This document shows, in pieces, positions 1 through 8,460 of a DNA stretch of 64,000 nt. This DNA is from a virus. Lineage: Duplodnaviria; Caudoviricetes. Position 1 is the first letter of the stretch, and each line of letters begins with the position of its first letter. Below the pieces are notes generated by a model, which worked only from the letters and a program-made list of their open reading frames with translations, was not told the DNA's origin and did no database searches. The stretch lies in IMG/VR virus record IMGVR_UViG_3300007770_000001. One strand, 5' to 3'. The position numbers were made by a program, and so were the translations under genes.

Positions 1-4
1 TCTG

Positions 5-283
5 ATGGGACTCAAGAACATCTTGGCGGCGGAAGGAGTCACCCCTGGGAGGCAGGTCTCCTTCTCTGTAGAGGTCCTGGAAGAGGGCACCTATCCTGCG
101 GCCCCTCCCCACAAGAAGAGTGCCTCCTGGCGAAGGGTCCGCCTCTCCGGGCCTCGTAGATCCATTGAAGCCACCCTCACCAAGCGGGGCCGCACAGTGT
201 GTTGGGATTGGGACGAGGACGACAATATGCCAGACCGAGATCAGTGGCTCGCCCGCCTGGTGTCCTCTGTTGCGTTCAAGTAG
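5..283 (+). CDS. hypothetical protein (may be 5'-truncated at window edge)
   Basis: 92-aa ORF, co-oriented with and 6 nt before the next gene. Confidence 0.5.
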   Translation: MGLKNILAAEGVTPGRQVSFSVEVLEEGTYPAAPPHKKSASWRRVRLSGPRRSIEATLTKRGRTVCWDWDEDDNMPDRDQWLARLVSSVAFK

Positions 284-289
284 GATGAG

Positions 290-871
290 ATGCCCAAGGA
301 TAGACTTCGAGGTGTCTACGGAAAGCCTGTAGCTCGAGCCGCAGGTTTCTCCATCCCCCTGACCAAAGCTCAGTTGGAGTTCGTCGGAGAGACGATGGTC
401 ACGGAGATCCGACGAGAGATCGCCCGTGACACCGCCAAGTCCATGGGAATCCGCGGGAGAGGCGAGCCGGTTCCTATCCCTCGGACACGGGATTTCGCTC
501 GCTCGTTCAAGTCCCGCGTCGTAGGGTCCTCGACCATCGAGATCTACTCGGACGGGCCAACCGCCCAACAGCACGTCTCGAAGGATGTCGATCCGGACGC
601 TCCCAAGAAGGATAGGACACGCCCCTTCCCGATGACGTGGCTCACGCGCCCTGCCGTCCCCTATGCTCGGATCGTCCGGCAAGACGGACAGGTCATCGTT
701 CGGACGACACCCAACCCCAACAAGGGAGATAAGCCCTGGATCCACCCTGGGTTCCGCAAGTACACATTCTTGGAGAGAGGGATCAGGAAGGGTAAGAAGA
801 AGGCAATCGAGGCCCTCATGGAGGAGCTCATCGGTACAGTGCTGAGCGAGCACGACCTGCTGGGGTCCTAA
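290..871 (+). CDS. hypothetical protein, possibly virion morphogenesis/neck-type
   Basis: 193-aa ORF, GGATGAG upstream; basic; C-terminal PWIHPG...FLERGI pattern resembles phage morphogenesis proteins. Confidence 0.55.
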   Translation: MPKDRLRGVYGKPVARAAGFSIPLTKAQLEFVGETMVTEIRREIARDTAKSMGIRGRGEPVPIPRTRDFARSFKSRVVGSSTIEIYSDGPTAQQHVSKDVDPDAPKKDRTRPFPMTWLTRPAVPYARIVRQDGQVIVRTTPNPNKGDKPWIHPGFRKYTFLERGIRKGKKKAIEALMEELIGTVLSEHDLLGS

Positions 872-1468
872 GTGTACCTGGTCGAGACCAACTTCCTGTT
901 CCTTGAGGTCCCCGACCTTGGGATCGTTCTTCGGAAGGGAGTACCCTCCTGGGTTGAAGAGGACGACTACCAGCGGAGTTCCTGCCTCCAGGAACTGGTC
1001 CGGATAGGGAACGCCCGAGCCACTCCCAAGTCAAGGTCTCGGTCCCAGCGGCCAGCGAAGCCCTCCTTGCGGACCCGGAAGAGGACTCCCCCCAAGAAGG
1101 TTGCTCCGACCCCCAAGGCCCCTGAAGCTGTTCTGACGGTAGCACAGGCACAGGAGCTCGCGGAGAGGGCGGCGGAGAAAGCCGTACAGCGCGTCCTGGA
1201 GAGCTTCCCTACGCAACCCCCCACCGGGCTTCTGGAAGCCGTACAGGGGCTGCAGGAGGCCCTTGGAGCCGTCCCCGGAGCCGTGTCCGCACCCACGGAT
1301 TTCCTTTCTCCCCGAACAAGAGGTCCTGCTCCTGAGCCTATGTTCATCCCTTCGGGTATCGTTGGTCCATCCAAGGAGGCGGAGCTCGAGATACAGAGCT
1401 CTGAGTCGGGCGGAGGGGTCGAAGATGCCGCCCAAGCTCTCCGACGGATGAAAAACCGGAGGGAATGA
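872..1468 (+). CDS. hypothetical protein, Pro/Ala-rich linker
   Basis: 198-aa GTG ORF abutting the previous stop; ATGA overlap with the actin gene. Confidence 0.6.
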   Translation: MYLVETNFLFLEVPDLGIVLRKGVPSWVEEDDYQRSSCLQELVRIGNARATPKSRSRSQRPAKPSLRTRKRTPPKKVAPTPKAPEAVLTVAQAQELAERAAEKAVQRVLESFPTQPPTGLLEAVQGLQEALGAVPGAVSAPTDFLSPRTRGPAPEPMFIPSGIVGPSKEAELEIQSSESGGGVEDAAQALRRMKNRRE

Positions 1469-2466
1469 TGACAGCCAAGGGCAGGGGTCTCGATATCGGG
1501 ACCATGAACCTGGTGGCCGCAAAGAGTGCGGCCAAGGACAAGGTGGAGACCTCTCGCGTGAGGGATGCCTTCCTCAGCCTCGAGGCAGGAGCCAAGAGAC
1601 GGCTTCGTCTCTCGGGCGTCAACTTCATCGATCGAGGGGAGGACGGGATCATCGTAGTCGGAGACGCCGCCCTGGAGATGGCCAACGTCTTCGGTCTGGA
1701 TGTCCGCCGCCCCCTACAGGGCGGGTTGATCTCCGCGGGTGAGATGGACGCCCTGGAGATCCTGGGCGCCATGATCCAGAACCTCCTCGGGAAGCCAACC
1801 GTCAAGGATGAGGTCTGCTACTTCTCTATCCCTGCCTCCCCTGTCGATGTGGATCGGGATACCGTCTACCACAAGGGCGTCTTCGAGCGGATCATCTCGG
1901 AATGCGGCTTCCGACCGATCGCTGCCAACGAGGCCATGGCCATCATCTTCTCGGAGACGGCCAAGGAGATGTTCTCCGGTCTGGCGTTCTCCTTTGGCTC
2001 CGGGATGTGCAACGTCGCTCTCTCCGTGAACGCTGTCAAGGGCCTCACGTTCTCCGTGGCGCGAGGCGGGGACTGGATCGACCAGGGAGCCGCCCGTGCC
2101 GTGGGGTCCACGAGCTCTCGGATGTGTGTCCTCAAAGAGGCTGGCATCGACCTCCTGAACCCCCAGGGACGGGAGCAAGAGGCTCTGGTGCTCTACTACA
2201 AGAGCCTCATCGAGTACGCCCTGGACGAGACGGCTCGAGAGTTCCAGAAGATCAAGGATCGGTTCGCTCTCCCGCGTCCCATCCCGCTCATCGTTTCTGG
2301 TGGCACCTCCAAGGCGGGCAACTTCTTGGAGTTCTTCACAAGGACCTTTGATTCTCGACGCCGTAGGTTCCCTATCACAATCTCGGAAGTGCGGCAGGCG
2401 TCTGAACCTCTGAATGCGGTGGCTCGGGGCCTTCTCATTCAGGCCCTGCAGGAATACGAGGACTGA
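1465..2466 (+). CDS. actin-like ATPase, volactin-like
   Basis: Phosphate-1 GLDIGTMN, phosphate-2 SFGSGMCNV, FSVARGGDWID, adenosine IVSGGTS, connect-2 EPLNAVARG. Confidence 0.9.
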   Translation: MMTAKGRGLDIGTMNLVAAKSAAKDKVETSRVRDAFLSLEAGAKRRLRLSGVNFIDRGEDGIIVVGDAALEMANVFGLDVRRPLQGGLISAGEMDALEILGAMIQNLLGKPTVKDEVCYFSIPASPVDVDRDTVYHKGVFERIISECGFRPIAANEAMAIIFSETAKEMFSGLAFSFGSGMCNVALSVNAVKGLTFSVARGGDWIDQGAARAVGSTSSRMCVLKEAGIDLLNPQGREQEALVLYYKSLIEYALDETAREFQKIKDRFALPRPIPLIVSGGTSKAGNFLEFFTRTFDSRRRRFPITISEVRQASEPLNAVARGLLIQALQEYED

Positions 2467-2470
2467 GTTC

Positions 2471-2836
2471 ATGATCACTCAGGTAGGCAAGAAGTCCGAC
2501 GGGAAGGGCTGGTACCCAGTCACAGGGAACCGCCATCCGATTGGGTCTGTGAAGCGCATCCGGACCAAGTGGGCGGCGCGCACCCCGGACCCCCAGACCC
2601 GCACGGGTTTCGCCACTCGAGGGGAGGCTGTGGCGTTCCTGGTGTCGGAATCGGCCTCTCGCATCCCCGCCGAACCGACACCCAAGGCAACCACCTGGAC
2701 TGATGTCTCCCATGAGGGGACGATGGTCGGTCAGGTGATCTGCCTTTCCAACGGGACCTGGCGCTCCCGGACTCTCTCGGGGAAGGAGAAGATCAACATC
2801 GCCTCCTATGCCGAGGCGAAGGCTTCCCTGCTGTAG
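2471..2836 (+). CDS. hypothetical protein
   Basis: ATG 4 nt after the actin stop, in the 2414-2836 frame. Confidence 0.6.
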   Translation: MITQVGKKSDGKGWYPVTGNRHPIGSVKRIRTKWAARTPDPQTRTGFATRGEAVAFLVSESASRIPAEPTPKATTWTDVSHEGTMVGQVICLSNGTWRSRTLSGKEKINIASYAEAKASLL

Positions 2837-2873
2837 AGTTCTATCTCCGGTAACCTCCTTCCCGGAGGTCGAT

Positions 2874-3512
2874 ATGCCGGAAGCTGCTCTCCCCGAAGTC
2901 GCGATCAGACACAAGAAACAGCTGGCGGTGATGAGGGGCTGGCTGGAGGGACGTCGCTACTTCAAGGCGATGGATGCTCTGGAGTTCGTCCGTGGTCTCG
3001 AGAGAGGAACACGGAAGGACGGTGAGACCCCCAAGTTCCACCATCAGCTGTCCATTGCACGGCTGATCTCTACGCTCATCCCGCACCTGATCTATCCAGA
3101 GGAGACTCTGGCGGTGGCCTTCCTCCACGACACCAGAGAGGACCACCACGAGCAGGTGACCCATGATGTCCTGTTCGACAAGTTCGGATCTCTGGTCGCT
3201 GACGCCGTTTGGTTGCTGACCAAGAAGTGTGGGGGGCTCGTCAAGTCCCCGGAGACCTACTACAAGGCCATCGCAGGGTGTCCCATTGCTTCCATTGTGA
3301 AGCCGGGGGACCGCGCCCACAACCTCCAGACGATGGATGGGGTATTCACTCCGGAGAAACAGCTTCGGTACGTGGCCGAGGTCGAAGCCCACTACTGGGA
3401 TCTCATCCGCACCGCGCGCAGGCTCTTTCCTCGTCAGTATGGGGCCTACGAGAACCTCAAGATCCTGCTGCGCTGTCAGACGCGTCTGATTCGGAGAATA
3501 CATGAAGCCTGA
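2874..3512 (+). CDS. standalone RelA/SpoT-type HD hydrolase (small alarmone hydrolase, Mesh1-like)
   Basis: SD GGAGG; motifs RKDGETPKFHH, AFLHDTRED, IVKPGDRAHNLQTM. Confidence 0.85.
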   Translation: MPEAALPEVAIRHKKQLAVMRGWLEGRRYFKAMDALEFVRGLERGTRKDGETPKFHHQLSIARLISTLIPHLIYPEETLAVAFLHDTREDHHEQVTHDVLFDKFGSLVADAVWLLTKKCGGLVKSPETYYKAIAGCPIASIVKPGDRAHNLQTMDGVFTPEKQLRYVAEVEAHYWDLIRTARRLFPRQYGAYENLKILLRCQTRLIRRIHEA

Positions 3513-3768
3513 TCCCATCCCGATGCTCCTGTGGTGTCCTGCCTGCAGCGCCCGGCATATCGACGAGGGTGAGTTCGCGACCCGCCCCCACCACACTCAC
3601 GCCTGTCAGAGCTGCGGAATGGTCTGGCGCCCCGCTCTGGTTCCGACCTGTGGGGTTCAGTTCCTGCCCGGGTTCAAGGACGCAGAGAAGTGCAAGCTCT
3701 GCACGAACCCTGTCTCCAACCAGGAGTACGGGCTCTGTGCTGACCATCTGGCGGCGGGTCCCGGATGA
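3502..3768 (+). CDS. small Cys/His-rich putative Zn-binding protein
   Basis: CPAC...HTHACQSC and CKLC...C motifs. Confidence 0.65.
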   Translation: MKPDPIPMLLWCPACSARHIDEGEFATRPHHTHACQSCGMVWRPALVPTCGVQFLPGFKDAEKCKLCTNPVSNQEYGLCADHLAAGPG

Positions 3769-3902
3769 GGAAGGGATACGGGAGGGACCGCATCCCGAAA
3801 GAGAACCCATTCTGGACGTTGGCGAAGAGTCTGACCAACACCTGGGGTGGCGACGATCCTGACAACACCATTTTTCCCTACCCGCACCATCCACAACGAT
3901 AA
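3765..3902 (+). CDS. small hypothetical protein (45 aa)
   Basis: ATGA overlap with previous stop; MRKGYGRDRIPKENPFW... Confidence 0.45.
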   Translation: MRKGYGRDRIPKENPFWTLAKSLTNTWGGDDPDNTIFPYPHHPQR

Positions 3903-3930
3903 CGTGTGGAACTGGGACTGAGAAAGCCCC

Positions 3931-4215
3931 ATGAGCGAGATCCCAGACCTCCGACTGAACATCCTACTTGGCCAGGCTCTCACCCAGAATGCGAGACTGG
4001 AGGACGACTACTTTTTCGCCCGGTTCGGCTGGAAGATCTCCAAGCTCCGCGAGATCGAGATGCTGGTCGCCCGGTACTCCACCAGCGACACTCTGACTCC
4101 TGAGGGAGAGCGCGAGAGGGATCAGCTGATCACCAACTACAAGGAGGTCTGGCGTCCTCGCCGGCTCCACATCGAGAGGATCAAGAACGGTATCCGCGAT
4201 CTACAGAAGGGCTGA
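3931..4215 (+). CDS. hypothetical helical protein
   Basis: 94-aa ORF with phage-typical codon usage. Confidence 0.65.
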   Translation: MSEIPDLRLNILLGQALTQNARLEDDYFFARFGWKISKLREIEMLVARYSTSDTLTPEGERERDQLITNYKEVWRPRRLHIERIKNGIRDLQKG

Positions 4216-4222
4216 GACCCAG

Positions 4223-4250
4223 GTTTCTACTCGACCGGTTCCGACGTAAC
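4223..4250 (+). promoter_or_regulatory. promoter-like motif copy
   Basis: GTTTCT-N14-GACGTAAC followed by AAGGAGG and ATG 4273. Confidence 0.75.
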
Positions 4251-4272
4251 TCTTGTGTAAGGAGGCAGGAAC

Positions 4273-4749
4273 ATGGAAATCTGTGGATACCGGAACCGTC
4301 GTGGAGCTCTCGCGATTCGCGTGGACGATGATGGGCCCCTCGTTCTCGAGAACGGTCGCACCATTCCCGGCGAGCACCCCGCATGGGAATACGACGACGA
4401 TGTCGACATCTCTGAGTGCTCTGGGGACCAGATCGAGTACATCATGGCTCTCTCCCACGAGGAGGAGCGCGCAGAGAGCATCCGCCGCGCGAAGGCCGCG
4501 GAGGCCCGGCGCAACCTGATGACCAGCTACGTCAAGACGGTCGCCACCAGGGGTCTCTCTGTCACGGACAGCGAGTACCCCAAGGGCCGGGAAGTTCTCC
4601 AGGAGCTCGTCTCCGAGAGTGATGCTCGCGGGATCCTCGAGGCAGGCGCGCAGAAGGATCGCGAGATCCAGGCCCACCGGGATCAGGCGTGGGATCGTAT
4701 GCTCTCTGGGATGGAGAACCTGATCACGGTGCTGTCCCAGGCGCGGTAA
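4273..4749 (+). CDS. hypothetical protein
   Basis: 158-aa ORF with strong SD. Confidence 0.75.
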   Translation: MEICGYRNRRGALAIRVDDDGPLVLENGRTIPGEHPAWEYDDDVDISECSGDQIEYIMALSHEEERAESIRRAKAAEARRNLMTSYVKTVATRGLSVTDSEYPKGREVLQELVSESDARGILEAGAQKDREIQAHRDQAWDRMLSGMENLITVLSQAR

Positions 4750-4818
4750 CGGATTCCACTGATGTTGGGTTTTCTGGCTATTCTCAAGACCCCTTTCCGG
4801 GGGGAGCGGTCGGTGTCA

Positions 4819-5562
4819 ATGGAGACCCCTTTTGACCTGATCTCACAACAAGCTGGGGATGACGACGGCCAGCCTCGGACCAACCCTCTCGAGGGAAGCT
4901 GGTTCGACCTCCATGTTCGCAGGAGCTGCGGCCCTCGGTGCACTCCCCGGTGCTACGACCATCGGGGAGTGCTCGCTCAGTTGCCCTCGCAGTATCGGAT
5001 CCCATCGGCTCCGTTCATCCGATGGTGTCTGTCCAAGACACCATCGAGGCATCTGTCCCTTCCCTGGAAGCCTGCCCACAAGTCAGGGATGAAAATCACA
5101 GGAGACAACCCCTACCACACTGACTGGGTGGTAGGGGCGGGCGTTTCCCTTGCGATGGTGTATCGTGACCATGCCTTGAGCAAAGCCGCAGACAGGGTTC
5201 GTCTGGAAGTGCAGCAAGAGATCTGTGGATTCAAGGCAGCGGTCCTATGTGGAAATGCTCGGACCTCCTACCTGGAAGTGGTGCACCCGGAGCCCGATCA
5301 AGAGCTGAGCTCCTCAGTCATCGCTGTCTGTCCCTACGCATCTCCTGAGTACTACATCCCTGCAGTCACAGCTGCGGCAACCATCGTAGAGGTAGGGGGC
5401 CCTCTCTCCCACCTCGCCTGTGTAGGGCGCTCAGAGGGAGTCTCAGTACTCCAGGTTGATGGGGCCCGCGCCTTGTACCCGGAGGGAACTCGGGTACGGG
5501 TAGACGCCCTTCGCGGACTCGTGGAGGTGGATTTCCTCTACGACTTCCGGAGACCTGTTTGA
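4819..5562 (+). CDS. protein with C-terminal PEP-utilising enzyme mobile (phosphohistidine swivel) domain
   Basis: TIVEVGGPLSHLACVGRSEGVSVL...GTRVRVDALRGLV matches the GGxxSHxAxxAR swivel signature; ATG 4819 preferred over 4762 because of the upstream GGAG. Confidence 0.75.
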   Translation: METPFDLISQQAGDDDGQPRTNPLEGSWFDLHVRRSCGPRCTPRCYDHRGVLAQLPSQYRIPSAPFIRWCLSKTPSRHLSLPWKPAHKSGMKITGDNPYHTDWVVGAGVSLAMVYRDHALSKAADRVRLEVQQEICGFKAAVLCGNARTSYLEVVHPEPDQELSSSVIAVCPYASPEYYIPAVTAAATIVEVGGPLSHLACVGRSEGVSVLQVDGARALYPEGTRVRVDALRGLVEVDFLYDFRRPV

Positions 5563-6158
5563 CCACCTACACATATCTCGACACCGAGACCACAGGACTC
5601 GACTTCCTGGTCAGCGAGATCATCGAGATCGCAATCATCCGCGTGGGCCCTCGCGGAGAGGAGTCCCGCTTCGAGACGAAGATCAAACCCAAGAACATCG
5701 AGGCAGCACACCCCCGCGCTCTCGAGGTCAACGGATACACAGAGGAGGCTTGGGCAGACGCCCCCCAACTTGAAGAGGCAGCCGAAGAGATCGCACACCA
5801 CCTCCGGAAGTCTGCTCTGGTGGGACATAACGTCTCCTTCGATGAGGTTCTTCTCAAGGAGAACCTCAAGCGTGTGGGGATGGGTCATCTCAAGATCCCC
5901 TACCACAAGGTGGACACCATCACCTTGGTTCATGAGCACCTGTTTCCCCTCGGACTCCGGAGCGCCAGCTTCGATCGGGTCCGGGAGTTCTTGGGCTGGG
6001 AGGTCCGGAAAGTGCATCGGGCGATGGATGATGCCGAGGACGCCCGGAGACTCCACCTCTTGCTCCAGAGAGCCGGGGTATGGCGGAGATGCACTATTCG
6101 GCTGGGGAGAGTATGGCGTTCACTTCGGGGGCAGATGTCCTCTCCTCGGACCACATAG
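5559..6158 (+). CDS. DEDDh 3'-5' exonuclease (DnaQ-like)
   Basis: YLDTETTGLD, GHNVSFDE, HRAMDDAE. Confidence 0.9.
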   Translation: MTTYTYLDTETTGLDFLVSEIIEIAIIRVGPRGEESRFETKIKPKNIEAAHPRALEVNGYTEEAWADAPQLEEAAEEIAHHLRKSALVGHNVSFDEVLLKENLKRVGMGHLKIPYHKVDTITLVHEHLFPLGLRSASFDRVREFLGWEVRKVHRAMDDAEDARRLHLLLQRAGVWRRCTIRLGRVWRSLRGQMSSPRTT

Positions 6159-6664
6159 AGAAGGCTCTCCTCGACCAGATCAACAAGAAAGTATGGGGTC
6201 CTCTGGGCAACCCTCCTGGTTTCAAAACGAGAGTCCAGAGATTCGACAGCCCGTCTATGATGACACGGGGCTTCTGGATAGAGGTGGAAGTCGAAGGCCG
6301 CGCTCGGGTGGGGACCCGAGTCGAGTTCTCTCATCTTGCGTTGAGCCGGCTAAGCGCCACGGATCTGGGCCAGGCTCTCAAGAACCAGGTCATCGGGGGA
6401 ATGCTAAAGAACTTCCCTCCTCGTCTGTACGAGTATGATCCCCGGAAGGGAACGGCTCGTATCGTCGGGAACATCTGTGATGAGGTGCTGGCCTGTCCAA
6501 TCATAGATCCACCCCCAGGGGTCCGGAACCCGCTCGTTTTCGTGGACACCAAGGACCTCTGGAACCACTGCGCGACCTGTGATGTAGGATTCTCTCACGG
6601 GGAGGTGGTGTATTGGAGGGGTGGGTTTCTGCTCTGGGGATGTGCCCTCTGCACGCACGGTTGA
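6113..6664 (+). CDS. hypothetical protein with C-terminal Cys motifs
   Basis: ORF 6080-6664, GGAGAG before ATG 6113; CATC...CALC. Confidence 0.55.
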   Translation: MAFTSGADVLSSDHIEKALLDQINKKVWGPLGNPPGFKTRVQRFDSPSMMTRGFWIEVEVEGRARVGTRVEFSHLALSRLSATDLGQALKNQVIGGMLKNFPPRLYEYDPRKGTARIVGNICDEVLACPIIDPPPGVRNPLVFVDTKDLWNHCATCDVGFSHGEVVYWRGGFLLWGCALCTHG

Positions 6665-6704
6665 CTCCCTATCGGGGGCTCCTGGGTGTCCAAGGAGCTG
6701 TCAG

Positions 6705-7082
6705 ATGTCCGAAGAGCACCGTTTCAAAGTGTCTGTGGAGCGTGTTGCTCAGATGCACCGTGCTGCCACCGCCCCTCGGGTGGTGGTGATCGACATCTGG
6801 TCCAACCCAGGATACGAGAGGGAATACCAGGGTCCCCCCGGACATCTGGTGAAGCGCCAGATCGACCGGTACAGCATGTTCTCCGGGGGGTCTTGGAAGT
6901 TCTCCAAGACCTTCGATACCAAGAGGGAGGCGGAAGTCGCAGGGGAGAAGCTGAAGCGGGACTTCCAGAACAGGAACTGGCCTGGAGGGATGGCCGACTT
7001 CCCGGTGGTCATCGGATGGGATCACGGCGACGGATTCATCGAGTACCAGGCAGCGGTGAGCACGTATCTCTCTTGGTCGTAG
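6705..7082 (+). CDS. hypothetical protein with N-terminal SVERVA motif
   Basis: AAGGAG SD before ATG 6705. Confidence 0.7.
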   Translation: MSEEHRFKVSVERVAQMHRAATAPRVVVIDIWSNPGYEREYQGPPGHLVKRQIDRYSMFSGGSWKFSKTFDTKREAEVAGEKLKRDFQNRNWPGGMADFPVVIGWDHGDGFIEYQAAVSTYLSWS

Positions 7083-7087
7083 TCGGG

Positions 7088-7139
7088 TAACTACGACCCT
7101 CCAGAACGTAAACCTTCCGGGTAGTTAGGCTCCTGGAGG
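7088..7139 (+). other. candidate H-type pseudoknot / structured intergenic RNA
   Basis: Two interleaved perfect 7-bp helices: 7088-94 with 7121-27 and 7098-104 with 7133-39. Confidence 0.35.
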
Positions 7140-7185
7140 ACTGCATTTACCTCTGACCGGGTAACCCTCAGAAAGAGGGGGTTCC

Positions 7186-7728
7186 GTGACGAGGAAGTTG
7201 AGGCCGGTGGAGATCCCGCTTCCCGAGGACATCCAGGAAGCTGTGTTGGGCCTCCCGGTGAACGGTGATCTGGGAACCACCACCGTGGGCGAACTCCTCA
7301 GGAAGGCCCAGACCTATATGGATCTGGCAGAGGATGCTGTCCAAAAGAACCCTCTCCTTCAGGTAGCGGCAACGCATCTGATGCAGAAGGAGAACCGACG
7401 GGGGACCCCGGAGATACAGATAGGTCTGGGAGGCACTGTCTCCCTGGTCGTCCGGTACAATGGTGTCTCGGAGGAACCCCCGAGAACGCCCCTCCCCTCC
7501 CTCGGGGTTCTCCGGGAGATCGCAGCCAAAAACGGAGTGGACATCTCAGATCTGGGCCGGAAGAAGACGGAGATCCTCGAGCGCCTCCGGAAGTCCGGTA
7601 TCTCCGCTATCTCTTCTCCCACACCGGAGGCTTCTTGGCAGAGTTCGGCTACTGGCAGTTCGGAAAGAGAAACGGACTCAAAGGTGTCGCAGACACTTCC
7701 TACGAGCTCCCCGACGGGAGAATCGTAG
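7186..7728 (+). CDS. hypothetical protein with putative HeH/Rho-N-like helical motif
   Basis: GAGGGGG before GTG; LPSLGVLREIAAKNGVDISDLGRKKTEILERL. Confidence 0.6.
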   Translation: MTRKLRPVEIPLPEDIQEAVLGLPVNGDLGTTTVGELLRKAQTYMDLAEDAVQKNPLLQVAATHLMQKENRRGTPEIQIGLGGTVSLVVRYNGVSEEPPRTPLPSLGVLREIAAKNGVDISDLGRKKTEILERLRKSGISAISSPTPEASWQSSATGSSERETDSKVSQTLPTSSPTGES

Positions 7729-7967
7729 TTGTCAAGGATCCTAACAACCCTGCGGTCATGTCCGATCAGGACATCCTCTGGGCCCTCTCTCACTCACGCC
7801 GTGCCCGCTTCGACTTCGAGAAGCTGTTCCCAGATCTTGACGCAGATAGCCAGGACCGACTCACCACCCTTCTCAACCAGAACCCACGATACAAGAGCCT
7901 GGTAGGGGATGACCAAGCCTTCGCTGATGCGATTCAGAAGAAGGAAGTTACCTCAGGTGTCCGGTAA
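7635..7967 (+). CDS. hypothetical protein
   Basis: GGAGG 4 nt before TTG; overlaps the low-complexity tail of the previous ORF. Confidence 0.5.
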   Translation: MAEFGYWQFGKRNGLKGVADTSYELPDGRIVVVKDPNNPAVMSDQDILWALSHSRRARFDFEKLFPDLDADSQDRLTTLLNQNPRYKSLVGDDQAFADAIQKKEVTSGVR

Positions 7968-7979
7968 GGAGTACCAGAT

Positions 7980-8456
7980 ATGAGACGACGCAAGCTCAAC
8001 CTTCGGATCAGCCCCGACATCCACAAGAAGCGGGATGCTGCTCGTGCGGCGAAGGATGCGGCCAAGAAGAAGGGAGAGCAGAAGGCTCGACAGGCCGCCA
8101 AGGAAGCGCGTCTGAAGAAGGAGTCCGCACCGGCCCCCGAACCCGATCCAACTCCTGAGCCTGTCGTCGAGCCCACACCGGAGTCGGTCGTCGAGGATGC
8201 GCCTGAGCCTGAGATCGAGGAACCGACCCCCGAACCGGAGGTCTCCGAGGATCCCGAGCCTGCTCCCGAGATTGAGGAGCCGGTGACTCCGGGGCCGAAT
8301 CTCTCCATCGTCAACGGATCTATCACCAGCATCCGGGCAGCCCTCGAGACCGGCGAGTACGACGGACACCTTGAGGAGCTTCTGAGCGCTGAGAAGGCGA
8401 ACAAGGACCGGAAGGGGGCCAAGGAGGCCATCGAAGCTCGGATCGCCAAGGTCTGA
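7980..8456 (+). CDS. protein with basic N-terminus, Pro/Glu linker and small C-terminal helical domain
   Basis: AAGGAG SD; PEP/EPT low-complexity repeats. Confidence 0.75.
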   Translation: MRRRKLNLRISPDIHKKRDAARAAKDAAKKKGEQKARQAAKEARLKKESAPAPEPDPTPEPVVEPTPESVVEDAPEPEIEEPTPEPEVSEDPEPAPEIEEPVTPGPNLSIVNGSITSIRAALETGEYDGHLEELLSAEKANKDRKGAKEAIEARIAKV

Positions 8457-8460
8457 GACC

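Noticed and set aside
7088-7139. Canonical HDV-like/theta ribozyme
   Set aside because: P1 does not start with G, no proper P3/L3 was found and there is no adjacent tRNA; kept only as a generic pseudoknot candidate.
8040-8300. GAGCC/CCCGA-rich repeats as a DNA repeat element
   Set aside because: Explained by the Pro/Glu low-complexity coding linker.
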